DNA of 64,000 nt, taken from contig ONNZ01000010.1 in assembly GCA_900319345.1 (NCBI GenBank), positions 12,946-76,945 on the forward strand, read 5' to 3'. The notes beneath the pieces are model-generated. The model was given only the letters and a program-made list of their open reading frames with translations, had not been told where the DNA came from and searched no databases. This DNA is from an uncultured Eubacteriales bacterium (GTDB lineage: Bacteria; Bacillota; Clostridia; Christensenellales; CAG-138). A program made the translations under genes and the position numbers. Each line of letters begins with the position of its first letter. The first letter of the stretch is position 1. Positions 25,213 through 33,866 of the stretch are shown piece by piece.

Positions 25213-25229
25213 AGGAGAGAGAACGAACG

Positions 25230-28122
25230 TTGAAGCGGACGCTGAAAAACGGCATAGCGACCCTGTTCCTGCTGCTGTTGCTGGCGGGTGGCTGCATGAC
25301 GCCCCCGTCTCAAACGGCCCAGCAGCGGGTGCCCTCGCCTACGTCCGCCCTGTCGGAGCAACAGCCCGACCCCCAGAGGAAGGACGAGACCGGTGAGGGG
25401 GTGGCGCTGCTGTTCACCGAGGTCCGGTCCTCCGGGGATCGGGAGGGCGCGTATGACAGCTGCCCGTCCCAGGATTGGTTCGAGCTCTACAACGCCGGCG
25501 CCAAAGCCGTGAGCCTGGGGAACCTGTACATCACCAACGACCCCGAGAAGCCCGATCAGCATCGCCTGCCCAAGGCCACCCTGAAGCCGGGCCAGTATAT
25601 AGCTATCTGCTGCTGCGACAAAGAGAGCCATCCCTCCGTGTCCATGGGCATCGCCCGCCGGGGGGAGACGTTGTACATCTTTACCGGCAGCCGTCAGGAG
25701 GTCTGCCGGATCGACGTGCCGCCCCTGGAGGCGGACGTGAGCTGGGGCCTTTCTGACGGCGCTTGGGGCTACTGCACGGAGCCCACCCCCGGCCGAGCCA
25801 ACGGCAGTGTGTACGCCTCCCTGGACCCGGTGGAGGTGGAATCCCTGGGGGTGAGCGTGTCGGAACTGCTGATCTCGGGCAAGTACGCGGCTGTGACCCC
25901 CGACGGGAAATACTGCGATTTCGTGGAGCTCCACAACGACACGGACGGCCCCGTCTCCCTGAAAAACTGGTATCTTTCCGACAGCGCGGACAACGTGGAC
26001 AAATGGCCCTTCCCGGATGTGACGGTGGAGCCTGACGGGTATCTGCTGGTGCTGCTGGGCGGGGACGGATCCCCCCGGCCGGACGGGCTCCTGCAGGCTG
26101 ATTTCTCCGTGAACCGGCGGGAGAAGGTAGTCCTTTACGACGCCAAAGCCCTGGCCTATTCCGTGTTCTCCCTGCCGGAGAAGGTGCGGTCCGACGTGTC
26201 CATGGGCCCTCAAGGAGAATACTATCTTTGTCCCACGCCGGGCCAGGCCAACGGCCCTGCTGCCTACACCGCCGCCGACGGGGGTTGCTACGACTATACC
26301 GGCGTATTCATCAGCGAGGTCTGCGCCTACGGGGGGGCGGGCAGCAACGATTGGATAGAGCTGTACAACGCCACCGCTGAACCTGTCTCCCTGGCGGGCT
26401 GGCAGCTGGGAAAGGACCGGGAGGGGGAGAAGGTCATCGATCTCTCCGGCACCCTGGCTCCGGGCGGATACGCTGTGTTCGAGACCACCTCCCACGAGGT
26501 GCGCCGTCGGGACGGCGTGGGCACCTTCGGCCTGTCCCTGGCGGGGCAGACCCTGTACCTGCTGGATGAAACGGGCCGTCTGCGGGACGAGTTCGCTACA
26601 GGCGTATTGGAGCCGGAAGGCAGCTCCGGCCGCATCGAGGGCAACGGCGCCATCGCCCGGGCCTTCTTCACCAAGCCTACCAAGGGCGCCCGCAACAGCG
26701 ACCAGTACGCCCTGGGCTACGCCAAGGCCCCCGTGTTTTCCGAGACCGGTCTCTATCAGACGAGCCCCTTCGACCTGGTGTTGACCTCCGGCGAGGGCGC
26801 CGTCATTCATTACACCACCAACGGCAGTGAGCCCACGGCTTCCTCCCCGGTGTACGACGGGCCCATCTACATCCAGAAGAACACGGTCGTCCGGGCCTTC
26901 GCCCAGCAGGACGGGCTCCTGGACAGCGAGATCGTTACCTATACCTTCCTCTTCACGGAGCCCCACCAGCTGCCGGTGGTCTGTATCTCCCTGCGGCCCA
27001 AGGACCTGGAGGCGCTGGCCTCCGCCCGGTCCAAGGTGTCCGCCAGCAAGGAGCAGCGCAAGGGGTACTTCAGCTACTACGAGGGCGGCAAGCTTTCCAC
27101 CCAGTTCCCGGCGGACTTCAAGACCAAGGGCGCGGGCACCCTGGGCTACGAGCAGCTGTCGCTGACCATCCACCTGAGGGGGAAGTACGGCCAGGGCAGC
27201 GTGACCTATCCCTTCTTTAGCGAGTACGGCTGGCGGGAGTACACCTCCCTGTGCATCCGCAACTCCGGCCAGGACAATTCCTCCGCCCGCATCCGGGACT
27301 CCTTCGCCGCCCGGCTCTGCTTCGGTTTGAACATCGACGTGGCGGTCACCCGGCCCGTGGCGGTGTACATCAACGGGAAATACTACGGCCTCTACGATCT
27401 CAACGAGGACCAGAACGACGATTATCTCGAAAGCCACTTCGGCATCGACAAGAAGAAGGTGGAGATCATCCGCTACAACTCCCGGCTGGTCAAACCGGGT
27501 CATCAACTACGCTAAGAACAAGAACCTGGCGAAGGACGCGGTGTACGAATCCTTCATCCAGTGGGTGGACCCGGACTACTTCATCGACTATCTGGTGTGC
27601 TCCATCTATCTGAGCAACGGGGATATGGCCAATCAGAAGTACTGGCATACCACGGACAACGCCATCCGCTGGCGGGCCATCTTCTACGACTTCGACTACG
27701 CCATGGGTTTCAACGACGGCTCCGTGAGGCGGAACCTGATGAAGAACTTCTTCAGTATGGACGGGACCCCCACCGCCAGCGACACCCTGTATACCTACAT
27801 CCCGGCGGCGCTGGTGCAGAACAAGGCCTGGCGGGAGAGGTTCATCGAACGGTACGTGGAGCTGACGGTGACCACCTTCGCCCCGGAGCGGGCCACGCGG
27901 ATCCTTCGGGAGCTGCAGGACGAGATGGCCTCCGAGATGCCTCGGCATATCGCCCGCTGGAAGCGGCCCGCCTCCATGGCGAAGTGGGAAAGCGACGTGA
28001 ACCATATCCAGAAATGGATGGAGGAGCGGCCGGCCTACGCCCTGGAGAACCTGCGCAAATATTTCGGCCTCAAGCAGAGCTATATCGACGAACTGGTGGC
28101 TAAGTACACCCCGGCTGAATAA
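25230..28122 (+). pseudogene. CotH-kinase-family lipoprotein with three lamin-tail (LTD) domains, interrupted by a 1-nt frameshift near 27495-27505
   Basis: TTG start at 25230 with a lipobox (LLLLAGGC). There are three LTD-like units (DWFELYNAG, DFVELHNDT, DWIELYNAT). The CotH core (VAVYINGKYYGLYDLNEDQNDDYLESHFG) runs into a stop codon at 27513-27515. The +1 frame, open from 27331, continues the family sequence (VINYAKNKNLAKDAVYESFIQWVDPDYFIDYLVCSIYLSNGD...). Confidence 0.65.
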
Positions 28123-28133
28123 AGACAAAACGA

Positions 28134-28171
28134 AAAACGGACGCGATCCTTCGCGTCCGTTTTGTGTTTTT
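28134..28171. terminator. Bidirectional intrinsic terminator between the CotH and permease genes
   Basis: The stem is AAAACGGACGCGA / TCGCGTCCGTTTT, followed by TTTTGTGTTTTT, with an A-run upstream. Confidence 0.7.
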
Positions 28172-28179
28172 GGATGGCA

Positions 28180-29541
28180 TCACGCCCAGATGAACCATAT
28201 GAGAAGGTAGCCCGTGATCACCGCGGCCAGGGTGAAGGGCATGCCGAACTTCATGAAGGTCCCGGCCTTCACCTCGTACCCCTCCCGGCGGAGGATGCCG
28301 ATGCCCGCGATGTTGGCGGAGGCGCCGATGGGGGTCAGGTTCCCGCCCAGGGTGGCGCCGCAGAGAAGGCCGTAGTAGAAGAGCTTGGGGCTGATGGCCA
28401 TGCCCCCCGCGGAGGACAGGTCCGCCGCCAGCACCGCCACCACGGGCAGCATGGTGGTGGTGTAGGGGATGTTGTCGATGAAGGCGGACAGGAGCACCGA
28501 CACCCACACGATCACACTGTAGACCAGGAACAGGTCCCACCGGGTGCCGCCGCCGTTGAGTTTGGCGATGGTCTGGCCCAGGAGGTCGATGACCCCGGCC
28601 CGGGAAATGCCGCCGATGACCACGAACAGGCCCATCAGCAGGACGATGGTGTAGTAGTCGATCTCCTTTAGGGCCCCCTTCACGGTGGCGGCGTCCTTGT
28701 TCTTGACCAGGTCCCGGATGAGGCCGATCACGAAGAAGCCCACGCAGATGAGACCGTTGGTGATGTCCGGCTTATAGAGTTGGCCGGGCTGAGCGCCGCT
28801 CTCGTAGGGGATGAAGGACACGGCGATGAGGCAGACCAACGTGCCGAGGAGCAGCCAGGTGGGGAACAGGTCCTCCACCTTGGTCCTTTCGTGCATGTTC
28901 ACCGGGTCGTTCTCGTGCCGGAACATGAACAGGAGCACCAGCGCGCTCATGAGGGCGCCCAGCTCCACCACGAAGAACATGCCCATCCTGCCCTCGTCCA
29001 CGAAGAAGTCCAAAAAGTCCAGGTTAGCAGCCTTAGCGAGGAGAATGCTGGTGGTGTCGCCCACCAGGGTGGCCGCGCCCTGCAGGTTGCTGGAAACGGC
29101 GATGCAGATGATGGGGGCCACGGGGGAGATGTGGAGCTTCCGGCACATGGCGAGGGCCACCGGCGCGATCATCAGCACGGTCGCCACGTTGTCCACGAAG
29201 GCGGAGATGAACCCGGCGAACAGGGACAGGGACAGGACCGCCCACTTGACGCTGGGGGTCTTGTCTACCAGCACGTCCGCCATGAGCTGGGGCATCTTGG
29301 ACTCGATGAACAGATACACCGTGCCCATGGTGCCCACGATCATCATGATCACGTTCCAGTCGATCTCCTTCAGGGCCTCCAGGGGCGAATAGGCGTAGCC
29401 GGGGAACAGGCCCGTGGAGCCCACGATCACGAAGATCAGGGCGGAGATGACGGCGGCGTGGGGCCGGATCTTTTGAAAAGCCATCATCACCACGTAGGTA
29501 ACGGCGAAGAGGATGAGGGCAAACAGGGTGATAGTCTCCAT
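28180..29541 (-). CDS. ArsB/NhaD-superfamily (citrate/anion transporter-like) permease
   Basis: 453 aa counted from ATG 29541 (SD AAGGAG 8 nt upstream). It is polytopic throughout. Family assignment is by recall of overall pattern only. Confidence 0.5.
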   Translation of the reverse strand: METITLFALILFAVTYVVMMAFQKIRPHAAVISALIFVIVGSTGLFPGYAYSPLEALKEIDWNVIMMIVGTMGTVYLFIESKMPQLMADVLVDKTPSVKWAVLSLSLFAGFISAFVDNVATVLMIAPVALAMCRKLHISPVAPIICIAVSSNLQGAATLVGDTTSILLAKAANLDFLDFFVDEGRMGMFFVVELGALMSALVLLFMFRHENDPVNMHERTKVEDLFPTWLLLGTLVCLIAVSFIPYESGAQPGQLYKPDITNGLICVGFFVIGLIRDLVKNKDAATVKGALKEIDYYTIVLLMGLFVVIGGISRAGVIDLLGQTIAKLNGGGTRWDLFLVYSVIVWVSVLLSAFIDNIPYTTTMLPVVAVLAADLSSAGGMAISPKLFYYGLLCGATLGGNLTPIGASANIAGIGILRREGYEVKAGTFMKFGMPFTLAAVITGYLLIWFIWA

Positions 29542-29663
29542 ACAGGGACTCCTTTGCATTTTCTGCTGCCTATACCTTACCATATTTCACGGGCGCTTTC
29601 CAGCCCCCGGATACAGAAAATCGCGCAAAAAAAGAGGGGAAGCAAGGCTCTCTCCGGGGGAAA

Positions 29664-29682
29664 AGTCTATCGTAGATAGACT
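29664..29682. promoter_or_regulatory. Palindrome AGTCTATC gta GATAGACT upstream of the permease gene
   Basis: A perfect 8-bp inverted repeat read directly, adjacent to a minus-strand TATAAA. Confidence 0.3.
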
Positions 29683-29712
29683 GAGCTTATTTATAGGCGC
29701 TGCCCGAGTATG

Positions 29713-29736
29713 AAAAAAGCCGCCCCGAAGGGCGGC
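29713..29736 (-). terminator. Intrinsic terminator of gene 29747..30484
   Basis: On the minus strand: GCCGCCC ttcg GGGCGGC followed by TTTTTTC. Confidence 0.7.
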
Positions 29737-29746
29737 GCGGAAAGGG

Positions 29747-30484
29747 TCAGGCTGCCTTCTTCCGGCGGAATAATAGAAGCACCACGGCCAGCGTAACGAG
29801 GGCCACGCCGCCCACCACAGCGGCGATGACGCCCCGATTGGAGACTGTGGGGAGCTCTTCAGGGGCCTCGTAGCCCGAGGGCACGGCCGCCTTCTTCTCG
29901 CCGGACAGCTGGTCGTTGGCAGGGTCGTCCAGGCAGAACCACTTGTTGCGGATGCCGTAGACATAGGAAACGTACCCCCACTGCCGGCCCTGCTCGTCGG
30001 TATAGAGCTGCTCCGCCGTCAGGTCCAGATTGCCCATCTGCAGGGGATTTGGTGCGCCTGGGTATTCATACAGGTACACGCTTTTGCATTCCATCGTCAT
30101 GGTGTTCGTCGGGGCCGTGATCTTATCGGCGTGCTCCTTTCGGAAGGCGATGTGGTCGTACTGCACCTTGGTATACCCCAGGGGCGCCCAGGCCCCATGC
30201 CGTTCCGAGAAACCCCAGACGAACCCCTGCTTGTCCGTGTAGGTCCACTGACAGTAGAACGCGGCTCCGTTTTGCAGGGTCTCGGCTACGGTGCCGCCGG
30301 GGGCGGTGTAGAGGTTCAGCGAGCCGTCGGGACCGTCAGCCAGGTACGTACGGCCCTCCCGATGCTGACACTCCTCCTTATGGGTGCGATAGAAGCTGTT
30401 GTCCGGCTCCACGATCACGTCGGCGAAGGCCAGGGACGGCAGCAGCAACACCAGAGCGAACACCATGGCAAGGATTCTTTTCAT
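29747..30484 (-). CDS. Secreted, C-terminally membrane-anchored hypothetical protein
   Basis: 245 aa with a signal peptide (LLLPSLAFA), a C-terminal TM helix and a basic tail (RRKKAA). Confidence 0.5.
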   Translation of the reverse strand: MKRILAMVFALVLLLPSLAFADVIVEPDNSFYRTHKEECQHREGRTYLADGPDGSLNLYTAPGGTVAETLQNGAAFYCQWTYTDKQGFVWGFSERHGAWAPLGYTKVQYDHIAFRKEHADKITAPTNTMTMECKSVYLYEYPGAPNPLQMGNLDLTAEQLYTDEQGRQWGYVSYVYGIRNKWFCLDDPANDQLSGEKKAAVPSGYEAPEELPTVSNRGVIAAVVGGVALVTLAVVLLLFRRKKAA

Positions 30485-30498
30485 GGATGGATACCTCC

Positions 30499-30831
30499 TT
30501 AGATCAGTTGATTCACTATAAGGCCCAGGGAAAAGGACAGGGCGTTGGCGATCAGGGAGAAGCGGAACGGCCGCTCATATAGGCCGCTGTACCGGTACAG
30601 GAGCCCTTCCACCGCCACGGCCCCCAGCTCCAGAGCCGCCACCAGGGGCCAGCCCCCCTGTAGGAAGCTATGGAGCAGCACCACCGGCGGGTTGGTGATC
30701 AGGTTCGCCAATGCGCAGAGGAGCAGGGCTTTGCCTCGCCTGCCCGTGACCAGGGCAAAGGCGCATTCGATGATCTCCGTGAGTCCCAGGGACAGGAGCA
30801 GGGAGAGGAGCAGTTCATCCATGGACGGCAT
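30499..30831 (-). CDS. Small integral membrane protein
   Basis: 110 aa with three hydrophobic helices. It overlaps the upstream gene end. Confidence 0.4.
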   Translation of the reverse strand: MPSMDELLLSLLLSLGLTEIIECAFALVTGRRGKALLLCALANLITNPPVVLLHSFLQGGWPLVAALELGAVAVEGLLYRYSGLYERPFRFSLIANALSFSLGLIVNQLI

Positions 30832-31807
30832 CCTTTCGAAGACCCGCCCACAGCAGTCCCAGGCTCAGCAGCACCAGTCCCGCCCAGGCATAACCGGGCA
30901 AGGCGGGGGCAAGGCCACCAAACCGGGGCAGCATCCCCACGAACAGGGCGCAGGTCAAGAGCCCGAAGGCGGTCCCCTTGGCTCCGGGCAGGAGCCGAGC
31001 TGCCTCTAAAAGGGTCAGGGGCATGGTCATGTTGAACAGAAACAGGGAGAACAGCGTCCCATACCCCCGAGGCAGGAGCAGCAGCGCCGCCGCCGTACCC
31101 AGGGACAGGACCGCCGTTTGCCGAAGCCCCAAGCGGTCCCCCAGAAGGCCTCCCACAGCCTTGCCGAAGGCGAGGCACAGCACGGGCACCAGGCCGGGTA
31201 GGTCTGCAAGCCCCGTGGAGAAGGCGCCGCCGCTCAGGAGGGAGCGCAGGGCCACCACCAGGAACAGGCAAATCAGGGGCAGCCCGTCCCCCTTCGGCAG
31301 GGATATGGACAGAGGCGCGTTCGAGGATATCAGCGTATTTTTCCCGATCAGCAGGCCTGCGCCCGTCAGGATCAGGAGCAGGGGCATGGCCCAGCTGCAG
31401 CGAAGGAGCAGAGGCGCGCCCACCGTGCCCAGATACAATCCAACGGCCCCAGGGGACACGAACACGCCCAGGGGCGCGGCTCTGTCGCTATCGTTCAGCA
31501 CTTCAAGACCGCCGCCCACGTGGAACATGCCGTTGCCCAAACCGCAGACGAGGGCGGCCAGCAGGGGGAAGCCCGTCAGCGGGAAGCTCATGGCCACCAG
31601 ACCGCAGCCGACGGCGGCAAAGGGCAAGTTCCGGCCCAGCCTGTCCGCCAAAAGGCCAAGGGGCAGCTGCAGAGCGAAAGCGCAGGCGTTGTAGAGGACC
31701 ATGTACAGCCACCAGTGGGCGCTCCGGTCCAGCCGCCCGAAGAAGAGGGCGGCGCAGGCCATATCCACGCAGAGATGGGCGACGGACAAAACGGTCAGCT
31801 TCTTCAC
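30815..31807 (-). CDS. Polytopic membrane protein (MFS-like half-transporter?)
   Basis: 330 aa counted from GTG 31807 (SD AAGGAGGGG). The rest of the 843-aa track ORF upstream is antisense to the DUF1015-like gene. Confidence 0.5.
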   Translation of the reverse strand: MKKLTVLSVAHLCVDMACAALFFGRLDRSAHWWLYMVLYNACAFALQLPLGLLADRLGRNLPFAAVGCGLVAMSFPLTGFPLLAALVCGLGNGMFHVGGGLEVLNDSDRAAPLGVFVSPGAVGLYLGTVGAPLLLRCSWAMPLLLILTGAGLLIGKNTLISSNAPLSISLPKGDGLPLICLFLVVALRSLLSGGAFSTGLADLPGLVPVLCLAFGKAVGGLLGDRLGLRQTAVLSLGTAAALLLLPRGYGTLFSLFLFNMTMPLTLLEAARLLPGAKGTAFGLLTCALFVGMLPRFGGLAPALPGYAWAGLVLLSLGLLWAGLRKDAVHG

Positions 31808-31854
31808 GGCGCACCCCTCCTTTCGTATATAATACCGGCTTCGGCAAGAAATGG

Positions 31855-31883
31855 TTGCAAATCGATTTTGGGGATTGTACAAT
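31855..31883 (+). promoter_or_regulatory. Sigma-A-type promoter for gene 31937
   Basis: TTGCAA, a 17-nt spacer, then TACAAT. Confidence 0.5.
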
Positions 31884-31936
31884 GGTCGTAAGGCCTGTGC
31901 CTGCATTATATCAGAACGAAGCGAGGTCAGCAATTC

Positions 31937-33253
31937 ATGAATCAGAAGTACAGCAACTCTATCGGCGTTCTCGTCCCGGAAGTGATGCTCCCGCCCCAGG
32001 GCACGGATATGAAGAAGTGGGCCGTGGTGGCCTGCGACCAGTTCACCTCCCAGAAGGAGTATTGGGAGGAGGCTCGTCGGATCATCGGCGACGCGCCCTC
32101 CACGCTGGATCTGATCCTGCCGGAAGCGTACCTTGGGAGCCCCGACGAGCCCGAGCGCATCGCCGCCATCAAGGCCAACATGAAGGAATACCTGAAGAAG
32201 GGCATTCTCCAAAAGCAGCCCGAGGGCTTCGTGCTCATCGAGCGCACCGCCAACGGCAACACCCGCCACGGCCTGGTCATGGCCCTGGATCTGGAAGAAT
32301 ACGACTACTCCAAGGGCTCCGGCACCCTGATCCGGGCCACCGAGGGCACCATCGTCTCCCGCATTCCGCCCCGGCTGAAGATCCGGGAGGGCGCGGCGGT
32401 GGAGCTGCCCCACATCCTGGTGCTGATCGACGACCCGGAGAGGACCGTCATCGAGCCCCTGGTGCAGAAGGCGGCGGAGCTTCCCTGCCTCTACGATACG
32501 GACCTGATGCTGGGCGGCGGCCACATCTCCGGTCGGCTGGTGGCGGGGGAGAAGGACGTGGAAAACGTGCTCGCTGCCCTCACCAAGCTGGCCGACAAGG
32601 AGGCCTTCCAGAAGAAATACGGCAATCATCCCGTGCTCCTCTTCGCCATGGGCGACGGCAACCACAGCCTGGCCACCGCCAAGGCCAACTGGGAGAAGAT
32701 CAAGGCCACCCTGCCGGAGGCGGAGCGGGCCGATCATCCCGCCCGGTACGCCCTCATCGAGCTCAACAACGTCCATGACGAGGGCATCGTCTTCGAGCCC
32801 ATCCATCGGGTGGTCTTCGGCGTCAACGGCAAGCTCCTCATCGACGCCCTGACCAAGAAGCTGGCCGAACAGAACGAGGGCGTCCAGGTGCTCCCCATCG
32901 CCAGCGAGGCCGTGGGCGGCGAGAAACACATCATCCCCTTCTTCTATGAGGGGGTGGAGGGCACCTTCGTGGTCAGCGGTCCGGCGGCCCAGCTGGCCGT
33001 GGGCACCCTGCAGAACGCCATCGACGCCGTGCTGAAGGAGCTGGGCGGCGAGGTGGACTACATCCACGGGGACGACGTGGTGAAGGACCTGGCGAAGAAG
33101 CCCAACGCCGTGGGCTTCCTGCTCCCCACCATGCAGAAGGGCGAGCTGTTCTCCACCGTGGTCTACGACGGCGCCCTGCCCCGCAAGACCTTCTCCATGG
33201 GCGAGGCCGCCGAGAAGCGGTACTACCTGGAAGCCCGGCTGCTGGAGAAATAA
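31937..33253 (+). CDS. DUF1015-like conserved protein
   Basis: 438 aa. Its size and the segment HGLVMALDLEEYDY...LIRATEGT fit the DUF1015 pattern by recall. Confidence 0.45.
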   Translation: MNQKYSNSIGVLVPEVMLPPQGTDMKKWAVVACDQFTSQKEYWEEARRIIGDAPSTLDLILPEAYLGSPDEPERIAAIKANMKEYLKKGILQKQPEGFVLIERTANGNTRHGLVMALDLEEYDYSKGSGTLIRATEGTIVSRIPPRLKIREGAAVELPHILVLIDDPERTVIEPLVQKAAELPCLYDTDLMLGGGHISGRLVAGEKDVENVLAALTKLADKEAFQKKYGNHPVLLFAMGDGNHSLATAKANWEKIKATLPEAERADHPARYALIELNNVHDEGIVFEPIHRVVFGVNGKLLIDALTKKLAEQNEGVQVLPIASEAVGGEKHIIPFFYEGVEGTFVVSGPAAQLAVGTLQNAIDAVLKELGGEVDYIHGDDVVKDLAKKPNAVGFLLPTMQKGELFSTVVYDGALPRKTFSMGEAAEKRYYLEARLLEK

Positions 33254-33277
33254 AGCAAAAAAGAATCCCATAAAATG

Positions 33278-33309
33278 GCGAAAGGAACGGAGTGATCCGT
33301 TCCTTTCGC
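33278..33309. terminator. Hairpin terminator between the convergent DUF1015-like gene and the xdh operon
   Basis: A 13-bp perfect stem, GCGAAAGGAACGG / CCGTTCCTTTCGC. The T-rich tract is on the minus-strand side only. Confidence 0.5.
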
Positions 33310-33404
33310 GTTGGGAGAGAGGGTTTTGGGATAGGAAACTTTCCATCTATGGTCAGTCTATCTCGAAAACCTTAAATCAACCTTAAATAATATATGATTT
33401 TCTT

Positions 33405-33866
33405 TCAGCGTTTTGCCGTCAGCATGCCCCGCAGGTCGTAGATGGCGTGGCGGGGGCACTTCACGGCGCACATGCCGCAGGAGAGGCACAGGCTTTCGTC
33501 GATAGAGGATAGATCGTCCGTCACCTTCGCCGCACCGGAGGGGCACACCTTTTCGCAGATGCCGCAGCCGATGCAGGACACCTGGCAGGCGGTCCGGGCC
33601 ACCTTGCCCGGGTCCCGGTTGGAGCACTTGACAACGATGGGGCAGTTCGGGTCGTGGAGTTTTATAATCTCCTGGGGGCAGGCGTCCGTGCAGGCCCCGC
33701 AGCCCAGGCACAGGCTCTCGTCCACCTCCGCCACGCCGCAGTCGTTGAGGACGATGGCGTCGGCGGGGCAGACGGACACGCAGGCTGCGCAGCCGATGCA
33801 GCCGTAGCCGCAGCTGTCGTTCCGGCAGCCGCCGTTGCAGGCCACCAATGCAATCCGCTTCACCAT
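33405..33866 (-). CDS. Polyferredoxin (four 4Fe-4S motifs)
   Basis: 153 aa with four CxxCxxCxxxCP motifs and an extra N-terminal Cys cluster. Its start abuts the stop codon of the hydroxylase gene. Confidence 0.8.
   Translation of the reverse strand: MVKRIALVACNGGCRNDSCGYGCIGCAACVSVCPADAIVLNDCGVAEVDESLCLGCGACTDACPQEIIKLHDPNCPIVVKCSNRDPGKVARTACQVSCIGCGICEKVCPSGAAKVTDDLSSIDESLCLSCGMCAVKCPRHAIYDLRGMLTAKR

Noticed and set aside
25017-25229. Upstream extension of the CotH ORF (ATG 25017)
   Set aside because: It would overlap almost half of the DNPH1-like gene in another frame. The lipoprotein signal peptide begins at TTG 25230, just after the DNPH1-like stop codon.
25158-27506. 782-aa minus-strand ORF
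   Set aside because: It is antisense to the CotH lipoprotein gene and is low-complexity.
31808-33346. Upstream part of the 843-aa minus-strand ORF
   Set aside because: It is antisense to the DUF1015-like gene. A GTG with SD at 31807 starts the real 330-aa membrane protein.
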